This document shows positions 14,501 through 29,100 of a stretch of 64,000 bases of DNA, in pieces. A program made the position numbers and the translations under genes. The stretch's first letter is position 1. Every line of letters begins with the position of its first letter. The notes beneath the pieces were generated by a model. It made no database searches and was not told where the DNA came from. It saw nothing but the letters and a program-made list of their open reading frames with translations. The DNA is from Octopus bimaculoides (lineage: Eukaryota), in NCBI RefSeq assembly GCF_001194135.2, contig NC_068988.1:87578972-87642971 (forward strand), in the 5' to 3' direction.

Positions 14501-15210
14501 TGCTATTACAAACTCAGAACTTAAAGAACCAAAAGAAATATCACTAAGCATTTTGTGTAACTTGCTAATGACTTAGCCTGCTTGCTCTTAATGAGGATGA
14601 TGATTATCAAATTTCATTCGTCACAGGGGTGTCAGATGGTGGAGGGAGTATTAGAAAGACCGGTTACAACTAAAGGAGGGGTTTACATAACATCAGATGA
14701 ACAAGACAAAATGGGTGGGGAGGAGAAATGAGATGAAAAAGTATTAAAAAAACTATGTGAATAAGATGGAAGATGAAGACCTCCTAAAAGGGCCTCCAGC
14801 AGGGGCCCAACAAGGAACCCCACAGATCCAGGATCATCCTGATCACCAAGGGCACAAACATTCATATGGAACAATTGTCGGTTTCTGTCATCACCATCAA
14901 AGTGGTGAGCTGGCTGAATCATTAGGACACTGGTCAAAATGCTTTGTGGAATGTTGTCAGTCTTTATGTTCTCAGTTTGGATTTCACTGTGGTGGTCTTT
15001 GCTTTTCCTTCTCTTAGGGTTGATAAAAAAAGATACCAGTTGAACACTGAGGGTTGATGTAATCAACTAGACCCCTCTTCCAAAACTGCTGAACTTGTGC
15101 CAATAACAGAAAGAATTATCATTAACACTCCTAATGATTGTCAATCCCTGCAATAGTAATCACATCCTTCATTTAAAACAAATGACCAATTAACATTTAT
15201 ACTAAAATGC

Positions 15211-15256
<46 letters not shown>

Positions 15257-18200
15257 CAAGGCTGACAGATATGTCTTTCATCTTTCACATGAGGTGGATA
15301 AAAAAATATAAAAAGGGGAAAAAAATGTCAGCTGTCACAACAATGTCTATGGCAACGTTTAGGAATAAGAACCTTCTGTGTGAAACATTGCTAAAAAACA
15401 TGGAACTGTCAAATGTCCTCACACAAACAACCCAGGGATAAGGAACTGACGTGAGACATTACACTTCTGCCCCCACTAGGGAGCTAGTTNNNNNNNNNNN
15501 NNNNNNNNNNNNNNNNNNNNNNNNNNNNNNNNNNNNNNNNNNNNNNNNNNNNNNNNNNNNNNNNNNNNNNNNNNNNNNNNNNNNNNNNNNNNNNNNNNNN
15601 NNNNNNNNNNNNNNNNNNNNNNNNNNNNNNNNNNNNNNNNNNNNNNNNNNNNNNNNNNNNNNNNNNNNNNNNNNNNNNNNNNNNNNNNNNNNNNNNNNNN
15701 NNNNNNNNNNNNNNNNNNNNNNNNNNNNNNNNNNNNNNNNNNNNNNNNNNNNNNNNNNNNNNNNNNNNNNNNNNNNNNNNNNNNNNNNNNNNNNNNNNNN
15801 NNNNNNNNNNNNNNNNNNNNNNNNNNNNNNNNNNNNNNNNNNNNNNNNNNNNNNNNNNNNNNNNNNNNNNNNNNNNNNNNNNNNNNNNNNNNNNNNNNNN
15901 NNNNNNNNNNNNNNNNNNNNNNNNNTCAGTCCCACTGCGTGGCACCTTGGGCAAGTGTCTTCTACTTATAGCCTCGGGCCGACCAAAGCCTTGTGAATGG
16001 ATCAGGTAGACAGAAACTGAAAGAAGCCCATCGTATATATGTGTATATATATATATATATATATGCATGTGTGTTTCTCCCCCCACCATCGCTTGACAAC
16101 CGATGCTGGTGTGTTTACATCCCCGTAACTTAGTGGTTTGGCAAAAGAGACCGATAGAATAAGTACTAGGCTTACAAAGAATAAGTCCTGAGGTCGATTT
16201 GCTTGACTAACGGCGGTGCTCCGGCATGGCCGCAGTTAAATGACTGAAACAAGTAAAAGAGTATGACAAAATGCCACTAAAGCATTTTGCCTGGTATGCT
16301 AACAATTCTGCCAGCTAGTTGCCTTGATAATAATAATAATAATAATAATTCTTTAATTGCTTTGAATTAAGGTACAAAGCCAAAAGTTTGTAGGGGAGGT
16401 GTTCAGTTGATACCTTCAACCTCAGTACTTGATTGGCATTTTATTGACCATGGACATTAAATGCAATGGTGATTGTGTTGGTAGTCGAAACCAGAATATA
16501 AGTTGGAAGAAACACCACAGTGTATTTCGTCTGATGCTCAGATGATTCTACTAATTAAAAAAACTATAATGATAGTAATAATAAGTGCTTGATTGGCATT
16601 AGCTCAGCAATTTTAAGGGTAGGAGTGAGTCAATTACTTCGACCCCAGTGTTCAACTGGTACTTATCGACCCTAAAATGATAAAAGGCAAAGTGGACCTT
16701 AGTGGTATTTGAACTCTGAACGTAAAAACAGATGAAATGTTGGCAAGAATTTTGCCTAATATGCTAACGATTCTACCAGCTTGCTGTCTTAATAATAATA
16801 AAGACTTCTTTATTAAACCACTAACAACAATAAAGATTATAACAACATTTTACTTGCTAATAACAATAAGGACTGCAGCGCTGGTTTCCAAAATGCAAGA
16901 AAAGAAAAAGAAAGATGATGCACGCATACATGAAGATAAGAGTTATCTCCCATGGAACAAAAAAAAAAAACTTTAATTCACTAGTAATGTTAGAGAATGG
17001 AATAGATATTTGAGGAATTAACATGAAGACAGATATAAAACAGAGGAGTATACGGGCAGTGAGATTCATATATTTAGTTAAATATAGAGTGACAGTTAGT
17101 TATATAGACACTTACAAGTATAGATAAATCAAGAATGAGATATATGTAGAGAGATAGTGACAGAGACAGTTGTATAGATATAAAGAGACAAATATAATAG
17201 CTATGCATTGATAGTTTCTCCCTTTGTCCACACACACACACCGACAAGGTCGAAGTTGACTTTGACTAGTTAAGATCACTTCTTAAACTTATTTCATTCT
17301 AAGAAATACTCCGTTTGGTTCCTTTATCACTGACAACATCTCGTATAGCTCATAAGGCTTGCAAAGGATATGCAAGTCATTCCCACATTGACTACACGTT
17401 AGTTTCCCAGCAACAGCCGCAACCTAACTATCTAGATAATTGGATTTGTTGTTGTTGTTGTTGTTGTTGGCACTCCATCGCTTACGACATCGAGGGTTCC
17501 AGTTCATCCGATCAACGGAACAGCCTGCTCGTGAAATTAACGTAATTCTCGGGGAGATTCAGCGTGACACAGAGTGTGACAAGGCTGACCCTTTGAAATA
17601 CAGGCACAACAGAAACAGGAAGAAAGAGTGAGAGAAAGTTGTGGTGAAAGAGTACAGCAGGGTTCGCCACCACGCCCTGCCGGAGCCTCGTGGAGCTTTA
17701 GGTGTTTTTGCTCAATAAGCACTCACAACGCCCGGCCTGGGAATCGAAACCGTGATCTTATGATTGCGAGTCCGCTGCCCTAGCCACTGGGCCATTGCGC
17801 CTCCACTAATTGGGATTTATAACACTGAATGAATCCACGGGATGACTAACACATCTCGTTAAATAAGGTGCACAGATACTCATATATCTACCTGTCTATA
17901 TCTATCTATATAATCTCCAACTAAATATCTTAAGTGCTACTTTCCTTTGTTCACACACATGCTAAGTATATATAAATTGTCACATTTCTGGGTGGTTATT
18001 TTATTTTATTTTTTGCCAAATAAACACATGCACTATATATTCGTTCTTCACTCATTTATTACTCTCCTTATTTTAAATGCTGTCCACTGTCTGGAAATCA
18101 TTCGTCACACATCTGTGACCTCTTCAACGACACTTTCCACCCTCGTGTGTGCTCCTGCTCAGTCCGTTCCCTATGCAGGAGCATACACAAAGATGGAAAG

Positions 18201-18961
18201 TGTCGCTGAAGATGTCACAGATGCGCGATGAAAGATTTCTGGACAATGGACATCGGTTAAAATAAGAAGAGTAATAAACGAGTGAAGAACGAATACGATA
18301 AAAAAAAAAAAAAAAGAACCAACCAGAATTATATAACAATATCTGTTTCAAAACACGGTTTCACCTCAGGAATCTTGCAACACAGACTCATAAATGTGTG
18401 TATATATATATATATATATATGTGGAGAGAGAGAAGAGATAGGGTGAAATTGTTAGCTGGAGAAAGACAATTAGATAGTTAGATATAGACAGAAAGACTG
18501 AAATATAGACCAACTGGTATGTAATGCAGTACAGATCATATTATTGCAGAAAACATTTACACTTGTTCCCTTACAATTTATGTAAGTCATAACCCCAGAG
18601 GCAACACACAACTCAGACACCTGAACAAACCCAATTACCATCTTGTTGGGTTTCATGTTTTCTTCTCTCTCTCTCTCTGCACTTTTTCAAACATTTTATA
18701 GACAGATGTTTAAGTATGTGAGTGTGTGTGTGTGTGTGCATGCGCATACCCAAAATAAATCATTGAATGGTAGTAAGTAGCCTTATATAAAATTAATTTA
18801 CACTCTATGTGGCATGTTATATGTTTAACCTCATGCTCTAATTACGTTATCTACATCATCATCAATTATTATTGACNNNNNNNNNNTTATATGTTTAACC
18901 TCATGCTCTAATTACGTTATCTACATCATCATCAATTATTATTGACATAGATAAATACATG

Positions 18962-19007
<46 letters not shown>

Positions 19008-20386
19008 AGGTAGTGGTTTAGCAATGTATTACCAAAAAGGAAAGCTTAAATTAAATATAAATGAGGGCATTAGAACACCTAAAATGCTAGAAATAAGAGC
19101 TAAAGTGCTCTGATGCTGCAGCCAACGCACACATAATTGTATACATACATACATACTGACAGTGACAGTAAATGGCAGTCGATATATATATATTATATAT
19201 ATGTATACACACACCTTATTTTTATATGCATATATATATATATATATATATCTATGTGTGCCTGACAACCAGTGTTGGTGTGTTCACATCCCTGTAACTT
19301 AGTGATTTGGCAAAAGAGATTGAGATGAACATTTCAGCATTTGGGTGTCAATCTCAGGAGATGTAGCGAGAGTGATAAAAATCAAACATCCAGTCAACAT
19401 CATGGCGTTTGGAGTGATCATTAGTGATGGTGACATTATGCCTCCATTCACCTTCCCACACGGGCTCAGACTCAACACAGAGACCAACATCAAGTGCCTG
19501 GAGGAGGTAGTGTTGCTCTGGATCAAGAGAGCGGCTTCTGGAAGACCTTATGTCTGGGAACAGGACCCTGCAACATGCCACACAAGCAGGAGAACCCAGT
19601 CATGGCTGTCAGACAATTTCTTGCGACCACGTCACCCCTAACATCTGGCTACCTAACTATCCAGACTGCAACTCCCTTGATTATTATGTGTGGGGTGCAG
19701 TTGAGCGAGAGACCAACAAAACTCCTTGTAACACTCAAAGATGAACTGAAGGCAAGGATTATGGCAGCATTTGCCAACTTAAACAAGGAGACCGTCCAGA
19801 AGAGTTGTAGGAGATTCCGAAGTCATCTGGAGGCCGTGGTTGGAGCCAATGGCGATTCTATTGAATAAATTTACTCTTTTACTTGTTTCAGTCATTTGAC
19901 TGCGGCCATGCTGGAGCACCGCCTTTAGTCAATCAAATCGACCCCGGGACTTATTCTTTGTAAGCCTAGTGCTTATTCTATTGGTCTCTTTTGCCGAACC
20001 GCTAAGTTACGGGGACATAAACACACCAGCATCGGTTGTCAAGCGATGGGTGAACAAACACAGACACACAAACATATACGCACAAACATATATATACATA
20101 TATACGACGGGCTTCTTTCAGTTTCCGTCTACCAAATCCACTCACAAAGCTTTGGTCGGCCCGAGGCTATAGTAGAAGACACTTGCCCAAGGTGCCACGC
20201 TGTGGGACTGAACCCGGAACCATGTGGTTGGTAAGCAAGCTGCTTACCACACAGCCACTCCTGCACCTATTACAAGATATTTTTATGTAATTTTAGTAAA
20301 TATATCTATTAAAATGCGGATGTTGGTGTTATTTTCATTTTTGTGTAATTCAGACGACAGTTTATTCACATCCTGTGTGTGTGTGA

Positions 20387-20433
<47 letters not shown>

Positions 20434-20613
20434 TGTACATCTATACACACACATACACACCAATGTGTAAGTTGTTGAAAGATAGATATATAGATAAAAA
20501 AACAGAAAGACAAATGCCCTGAATACACACTAAATCACAATTCCAACTACCCCGACTGTTTTGTCTTCCTAATGTCATCCTAACCTGAGACACAACAAAG
20601 AAGTAAAACAGTA

Positions 20614-20650
<37 letters not shown>

Positions 20651-23096
20651 CACACACTTATGGGGGTGGCCACTGGATGTCTGTATTTTATATTGTTTTC
20701 TTATTGTTGTATGAGTTTGTCAGTTGATTGTACATAAAACAGTGTCAAAGTTTATACTTCCCACAGCCAGTGGCTCAGGAATTAAATTTGCTTAGGGGCC
20801 GCAAACTCAGGTCCAAAGTTTTTTTTACAAACAAGGCTGGGTTTGCTTTTTTCAGTCTTAATTTCAATACAAACACAGGTATAATAATAATTTTTATTAT
20901 CATACAGGGAAAAGCAATGCTTCAAATCATTTCAAAAGGTTTTCTATGCTTGCTTGTTTTGGTTAAGTTTTCCAAGAGGAAATCCAAAGTGTTTTCATTA
21001 CACAAACTTTTATGCACATGCATCGCTGCACAGTGTGTCAGACGGTGTTGCGTCATTGTGATACAGAGTGAGGACTTCAAACAGCAAAGTGTGCCGAACA
21101 TTCTCTCACTAAATGCAACAGACAGGCTTGCAACATAATGACATTCTTATCACAAAGACTTGTCCATAGTGCTTTCAGAAGAATGATGCATTGGTGAACA
21201 AAGTTCAATGCATCAGTGACCATGGCAACAGTAGATCCAACTTCTTGGAGGCCTAAGACCAGAGAATGATTTCTACAGTGTACAAAACATGTACCAGGAA
21301 ACGTCTTCTAATCTCTTTTGTATGCCTGAAATGCTTCCACTTATGGTACATACACCATCAAAAGCAAAGACAGCATAATTTTGAGGCCAGAGAAATGTTT
21401 AGACAACAAAAAATATCCAAAATAACCTTAGTCAGTGTCTCTGAAGTGTAGTCAAGAGGTTTATAACAGTTGAGAAAATCTTTGTGGGTACCCTGGATTT
21501 GAGGAACAAAACAACATCATTGTTGTTGGCACTCCGTCGCTTACGACGACGAGGGTTCCAGTTGATCCGATCAACGGAACAGCCTGCTCGTGAAATTAAC
21601 GTGCAAGTGGCTGACCACTCCACAGACATGTGTACCCTTAACGTAGTTCTCGGGGATATTCAGCGTGACAAGGCTGACCCTTTGAATTACAAGCACAACA
21701 GAAACAGGAAGTATGAGTGAGAGAAAGTTGTGGTGGAAGAGTACAGCAGGGTTCACCACCATCCCCTGCCGGAGCCTCGTGGAGCTTTAGGTGTTTTTGC
21801 TCAATAAACACTCACAACGCCCGGTCTGGGAATCGAAACCGCGATCCTATGACCGCGAGTCCACTGCCCTAACCACTGGGCCATTGCGCTTCCACTTTCA
21901 TACAACATCAACATCAACAAACAAGGAATCTTCAACTTTTTTCTGATCTCACGTAGGGTGTTATGAGCCTCTGAGATTTCATTTTGTCGTTGAAGCTGCT
22001 GACTTATTTCTGCACCACACTCTTTGACAAGTTCTTTTAAGAGATTTACAAAGTTTTCTGTGACATTTTTTCTTCCAAGATGGAATTTGTAACTTCTTGT
22101 ATCTTTTACTAAGATCCTTCAACAATGGAACTGTGAACTGTTATTGTCTTTCACTGGGGATTTCCTTAATTCTCTGATCATGAAAGTGCTAACCACTATT
22201 ATTACTAAGCAAGTTCTTTAATTTTTCAATGAACTGATAACTACTAATATCCTTTATTAAAAATATTCCTTCTTTCTCTCCAAAGACAGAATAATTGGCT
22301 TACATGGAAATCTTTGCTCAATGACATATGATCCACATGCTCAATTATGGATATAGTCACTAATGCATCAAGTTCCGGAAGTAGTCACAATCTTTTGTGT
22401 TGGGAATACCAACGGATTTAAGGATTCTGGTTTACATGTGTAGAAGTTATTAAGCATAACTTAACATTTAGTGGTAGTGGTGATGTATGATGTATGGTTT
22501 GGCATTGGCTGGTATTGCTTGTATGAACTGTGCATCTTGTCCCAGGTAAATGGGTGAAGTTATAGTCACTGTATATGCATAGTCTCTCGTGTTGAGAATA
22601 GATGCATATTTCAGGGTTTTGTGTGTTCATAATTTCATTTTATCTACAGTTGGTAGATTTATCATGGAGCTGTCAGGTATACATTCAGATTGAGGTGGAC
22701 GGTAGGAAAAGAAAGGAGTAATTCTTCATAATTTTGGAGTAGTAGTGGTATAATGGTAGTAGCAGTAGAATAGGATGACAATGGTGATAATAGATTTCTT
22801 GTGTTATTCTGAGAAGAATTTGAGTGGTCTGGCTATGGAGAAAAGCTAAGAACTATGTTACTTAATAGTTCATCATAGTATGGAAGAGCAACTTCTAATG
22901 CTGATTTTGTTGCTGTTGCTATTTAGTTGTGGTAAGGGTTGTAGCAGTAGGTCATGATGATAATGATGATGGGCCACTTATAGTATTCAGAGGAAATGAA
23001 GTGGATAGTTACACTGTGAAGGGCTTTTGATGTCGGAGTTTAACAGTACATCAATTGTGCTAATATTGAGGAGTGACTGTGGTTGCTATACTGTTT

Positions 23097-23134
<38 letters not shown>

Positions 23135-26100
23135 NNNNNNNNNNNNNNNNNNNNNNNNNNNNNNNNNNNNNNNNNNNNNNNNNNNNNNNNNNNNNNNNNN
23201 NNNNNNNNNNNNNNNNNNNNNNNNNNNNNNNNNNNNNNNNNNNNNNNNNNNNNNNNNNNNNNNNNNNNNNNNNNNNNNNNNNNNNNNNNNNNNNNNNNNN
23301 NNNNNNNNNNNNNNNNNNNNNNNNNNNNNNNNNNNNNNNNNNNNNNNNNNNNNNNNNNNNNNNNNNNNNNNNNNNNNNNNNNNNNNNNNNNNNNNNNNNN
23401 NNNNNNNNNNNNNNNNNNNNNNNNNNNNNNNNNNNNNNNNNNNNNNNNNNNNNNNNNNNNNNNNNNNNNNNNNNNNNNNNNNNNNNNNNNNNNNNNNNNN
23501 NNNNNNNNNNNNNNNNNNNNNNNNNNNNNNNNNNNNNNNNNNNNNNNNNNNNNNNNNNNNNNNNNNNNNNNNNNNNNNNNNNNNNNNNNNNNNNNNNNNN
23601 NNNNNNNNNNNNNNNNNNNNNNNNNNNNNNNNNNNNNNNNNNNNNNNNNNNNNNNNNNNNNNNNNNNNNNNNNNNNNNNNNNNNNNNNNNNNNNNNNNNN
23701 NNNNNNNNNNNNNNNNNNNNNNNNNNNNNNNNNNNNNNNNNNNNNNNNNNNNNNNNNNNNNNNNNNNNNNNNNNNNNNNNNNNNNNNNNNNNNNNNNNNN
23801 CAACGGTATTGCATATTTTTAAAAATTATTTTTATAATTCGTATATATTTATTTTATTATAAATGGAAAACAAAACCACAGAGGAATCAATGTAAGCTTA
23901 ATAAACCGTAATATGGCAAGGGATTATTGTGTATATATAAATATATATATAGTAATATATCTATCTAAGAATTTTTGAGGGTTTTCATTTTATTTAATTT
24001 AGTTCTTTGTTCTTATTTGGTGATCAATTTTGAAACACTATTTTCTAAGCCTGGGAAAGGTAAGAATGGGGTGCAATATTGAATTTTGCACCTCCACAAA
24101 ATTTAGGGGGTGCAAGTGTACCCCACTCTTCCCAGGCCCTTGCCAACTGGCATCAATGGTTGAAAAGCATGGCATAAAACTATCACACTGTTTGCCAATC
24201 ATTAACCCACCACCACCATCATCATCATCAATATTATACATTTCAGACCCACAGGAGAAAAGAGACTGATACACTTAGCAATACACATCACACACTTCGT
24301 GAAGATGGTCCTCCTCTGTCCGATTGTCTCCCTTCTTGCATGCTAATTCTCATTCACTCACATGTAGAGGATCCACTGTTCCTAAAAAATGCATGTATGT
24401 GAGTGTGTGTAGGCATGTGGCTTAGTGGTTGAGGTGCTGCAATTATGATTATGAGATTGTGGTTTCAATTCCTGGAGCGGGCAATGTATTGTATTCTTGA
24501 GCAAAACACTCCATTTCATATTGCTTCCAGTCCACTCAGCTGGCCAAAGTGAGTAAGCTCTTGGAGGAACCAGCATCCCCTACAATGGGTGAATATATAC
24601 ATGACTGGTTTTCTGCAGTTTCCATCCACTAAATCCACTCACAAGGCTTTCGTTGGTCTAGGGTAATTGTAGAAGACAACTGTCCAAGGTGCCATGCAAT
24701 GGTTCTGAACCCCAAATCATGTTGTTAGGACACACATTTCTTAACACAACCATGCTTGTTCCTTTGATCAAAAACAATAATAATAATAATAATAATAATA
24801 ATAATCATTTAACGTCTGTTTTCCATGTTGGCATGGGTTGGCTGGTTTGACAGGAGCTGACCAGCTGAAGAGCTGTTCAGACTCCATATCTGTTTTGACA
24901 TGGTTCCTATGGCTGGATGCTCTTCCTAATGCCAACCACTTTACAGAGTGCACTGTTTGTGTGCAGCACTGGTACGGGTGCTTTTTATATGGCACCAGCA
25001 ATTATGAGCCCACAAGGGCAACCACGCTTTTACTTAGCTTGACATGAGCCCTGCAAGTTCAGGAGCACTCAGCCGGAGAGGGTTGCACGGGAAGAGCCTG
25101 TATGCAAGGGCAAACAGTTTTTTATTTAGCTTGACTCATCTTTTGAAGCACAGCAAACTGTCATGAGTCTTGGTCCCCTGCTATTCCCTCTGTGAGTCCT
25201 AACGTCAGTAGTTCCTTTCTTACCACTTCATCACATCTTCCTGGGTCTACTCCCTTCTAGATGTTCCAGCTACAATCAGGGATCGGCACCTCTTGATGCA
25301 ACTGTTTTCATTGATATGCATTACATGGCCATACCAGTGCGAAAATGTAAAAAAAAAAAGTAATAAAACAAGACAAAACCAAAGATAATTACAGGAGTGA
25401 AATATTCTTAGAAACTGTGATATAACTTGTAAGAGTATGGAGACCCAGTAATAACATAAAACTGAGTTAAGAGCAGAAAACTATGAGAGCCAATAACCTA
25501 AAATATATTGGGAGTCAAAACATTTCTCCTATAGTGACTGGCATGAGAGACCATATGGCAGATATCTATGGAAGCCCATATATCAAAACTATGTAAACCA
25601 ATTTTGCAGAAAATTATGAAAGCTAATATGGGTGTAATATACGAAATCTCATGTTGTGGGTAACTATAGTAGACAATATTTGTGACAGAAAACTATGGAA
25701 GCAAATGCAGCAGAAATATATCAAAGCTAATGCAGCTGATATTTCATGGTAGGCAATATAGCAGAAAACTATGGAAGCTAATTTGACAGAAAATTATGCA
25801 AATTAACTTGGAAAAGATCTTTGGTAGCCAATATAGCTAATAACTGTAAAAGACCTTATGGTAGAAAATTATGGAAGCCATTATTACAGGAAACTATGAA
25901 AGACAATATTGTAAATAACTAGCTAGAGAAATAGTAGCCAACATAGCTAAAAGACTATGTAAGCCATTGTAGCAGAAAACTATGAAAGACAATACAGTGG
26001 AAAACTATGGAAGTCAATATAGTAGAAAATTATGCAAGTCAATCATCATCATCATTGTCTTAACATCTCTTTCTATACTTGCATGAGTAAGATGGAATTT

Positions 26101-29100
26101 TGTCAAGGCAAATTTCCTATGACAGATGCCCTTCCTGTTGCTAATCCGTATTTGTTTCAAAGTAAGGTAATATTTCCCCAGAATCAGATACATTTTCTTG
26201 GAAGATTGGGAATAAAGGATACTGCCTGCATAATGGTGAACACCAGGCAAGGAGAAAGTAACACACACACACACACACCAAATCCACTCACAAGCCTTAG
26301 GTCAACCTAAGGCCATGGTGGAAAACACTTGCCCAAGGTACCGCTATGCAGTGGGGCTGAACCCAGAACCATGTGGTTGGGAAGAAAACTTCTTAGCACA
26401 CAGCCACACCTGCACTTTAATGGTAAGAAAATTTATGAAAGCATCGCAGCAAAATTATTTAAGACAAAAATGTGAGAAAATTATGAAAGCTGGCATGGAA
26501 ATGCTTATGGACATAGTATTCATGGTGGCCCTACACGGCATAAATCTAAGAAGGTTAATATAAAACTATTGGGAAGTAAATAAAGTGCACGCACATATAC
26601 ACCACATTTGAACATATTTCTGAATATAGATTATGAGAGCAAACCAACCCTGTCCAAACACCAGCCTGGCCAGTTCAAACCGACAGTGGCAGGTGTGATC
26701 AGGAAAGAGAAATAGTGGGATAGAAAGAAAGGTGAGAACATTAATGACTTATCTTGGTGGCTTCTTAGTCTTCTCTGTTATCCATTAAAGGTGGACACGA
26801 TGCAGCATACAGAAGGGGTTAGAGAGAGAGAGAGAGAGAGAAAGAGAATTGGGGAGGGTGAAGGTGGCGACCAGCAGCAACAGCAGCAGACCCAATTCCT
26901 TGCTGTATCAAGCAACAATGCATGTCGGAGATGCGGTATTTAAGAAAAATTTGTAGGTTCCATACTTACAATTTGACCTACCTGTCTTCTGAAGTAAAAT
27001 GCCATCCCACAGGAAACAGTGAGAAACAGCAGCATAAAGGACAGTGTTCCACTATACTGAAATGGAAAAAAGATAATAATAATGATTTCTTTATTGACCA
27101 CAAAGGATTTACACTAAGAAAAACATTAAAGTCAGTACAGGACAAAACAAACGATGTATGTGTATGTGTGTGAGTGTGTTGTAAGGATTTTGCATGTAAC
27201 CATCATCATCATCATCATCGTTTAACGTCCGCTTTCCATGTTAGCATGGGTTGGACGATTTGACTGAGGACTGGTGAAACCAGATGGCTACACCAGGCTC
27301 CAATCTGATTTGGCAGAGTTTCTACAGCTGGATGCCCTTCCTAACGCCAACCACTCAGAGAGTGTAGTGGGTGCTTTTATGTGCCACCGGCACGAAGGCC
27401 AGTCACGCGGTACTGGCAAATAATAATAATAATCCATTCCTCTACAGGCACATGGCCTGAAAATTGGGGGAGGGGACTAGTCAAATACATTGACTCCAGT
27501 ACTCAACAGGTACTTATTTTATCAACTTCAAAAGGATGAAAGGCAAAGTCCACCTTGGCAGAATTTGAATTCAGAACATAAAGATGTGTGAAATGCTGCT
27601 AAGCATTTTGCCTGGCAATAATAATGGTAGTTACAAATTTAGACACAAAGCCAGCAATTTTATGGGTAAGAGAGGTAGTCAATGTCATCAACCCTGGCAC
27701 TTGCCCCGACACTCTCAAATCTAAGGGAGAAAACTAATCCATTCCTCTATCATTATTCACATTTTGTAATGTTTGTTATTAAAATTGGCACATGTGGCTG
27801 AATTTCTGCAATTTACTTTGATTTTTCTTTTTTTAATAGAAACTTTCGTGTGTACTTGGGTAAATTGTTTCTGAAGAGAGTAACTCAGTTAACCCTGTAA
27901 ATTTCATGCTGCAAAATGGCCAGGGAAAATCCCTACCTTTTCGCATGTGTGTTTCAGGATTTTTCTATGTCCACACCAGTTTACTATTTGCATTTAATTT
28001 ATCATTAACATCTCTTTTCATCATCTCTTATAGAGTATGATTTCTTTTAGATATAATTATGTCCATTAATTAACAATCACACATGCACAACATTTAAGCA
28101 AAAATGACTATTTACATAAAAAAAAAAGACATCTTTTCTGTAGCAATACCAATTTTTACAATGATTTGACCACAAGTATTGTTGGCACTCCATCGCAGGT
28201 TCCAGTTGATCCGATCAACGGAACAGCCTGCTCATGAAATTAACGTGCAAGTGGCTGAGTACTCCACAGACAAGTGTACCCTTAACGTAGTTCTCGGGGA
28301 TATTCAGCGTGACAAGGCTGACCTTTTGAATTACAGGTCCAACAGAAGCAGGAAGTAAGAGTGAGAGAAGGTTGTGGTGAAAGAGTAGAGCAGGGTTCGC
28401 CACCATCCCCTGCCGGAGCCTCGTGGAGCTTTAGGTGTTTTCGCTCAATAAACACTCACAACGCCCGGTCTGGGAATCGAAACCACGATCCTATGACCGC
28501 GAGTTCGCTGCCCTAACCACTGGGCCATTGCGCCTCCGATCTGACCACAAGTACATACACTATAAGCATTTGAATAAACAAGTCCATTTTTAGGTATTTT
28601 CTGCCCCATTATTACAAGACTGATCATTTGACTTGGAAAATGTTCAAAAAGATGTTAAGAACTAATCCTTCATACCACAATATAGTTCCATAGCTTATGA
28701 ATTTATAAAATGAAAGATACTGTATTTTCTTCAGTACAGTAACATTCCTACACATTTCTGCACTAACATTTCACTCCAGGTATGAAAAAATTACCTCTGG
28801 CATAGAGCTAACCTTATTTAGCTCAGTGTTGTTGTTGGCATATTTGTTCTTACTATATAAGCATTGGTGCACTAGATTTTTAATAGTCAAAAAAGTTGGT
28901 TCATTGTTGAAAACAATAGGTGCATGTGACTCACTGATCAAACACTCTATATATATTTTAAGCCTCTACAGCATTGAATCAAAAGTTTTGCAGTGTTTTG
29001 GTAACTTATTGCTTTAATTGTCAAGTTACAACAAAAGCAACCTAGCATTTGCAAGTAGAGGCCCATCGTTGTTGCACCATCTGAAGCCACCTTTCTGCCA

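Noticed and set aside
17440-17722. Recurring ORFs such as LALRRLRRRGFQLIRSTEQPAREIN (also 21.5, 28.2 and 41.5 kb)
   Set aside because: Translations of SINE family B, not genes
18818-18946. 60-bp direct repeat flanking a 10-N gap
   Set aside because: Exact duplication across a minimal gap is an unmerged contig overlap
20660-21420. Possible very old mariner-like remnant on the minus strand
   Set aside because: Only vague motif echoes; no TIR or catalytic motif could be confirmed
21900-23100. Non-repetitive, possibly LINE/Penelope-derived sequence
   Set aside because: No convincing reading frame or motif; needs BLASTX
25470-26040. CRISPR-like appearance of the 25-bp array (also the 80-bp array at 38.5 kb)
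   Set aside because: Head-to-tail degenerate units with no unique spacers, eukaryotic context, no cas genes
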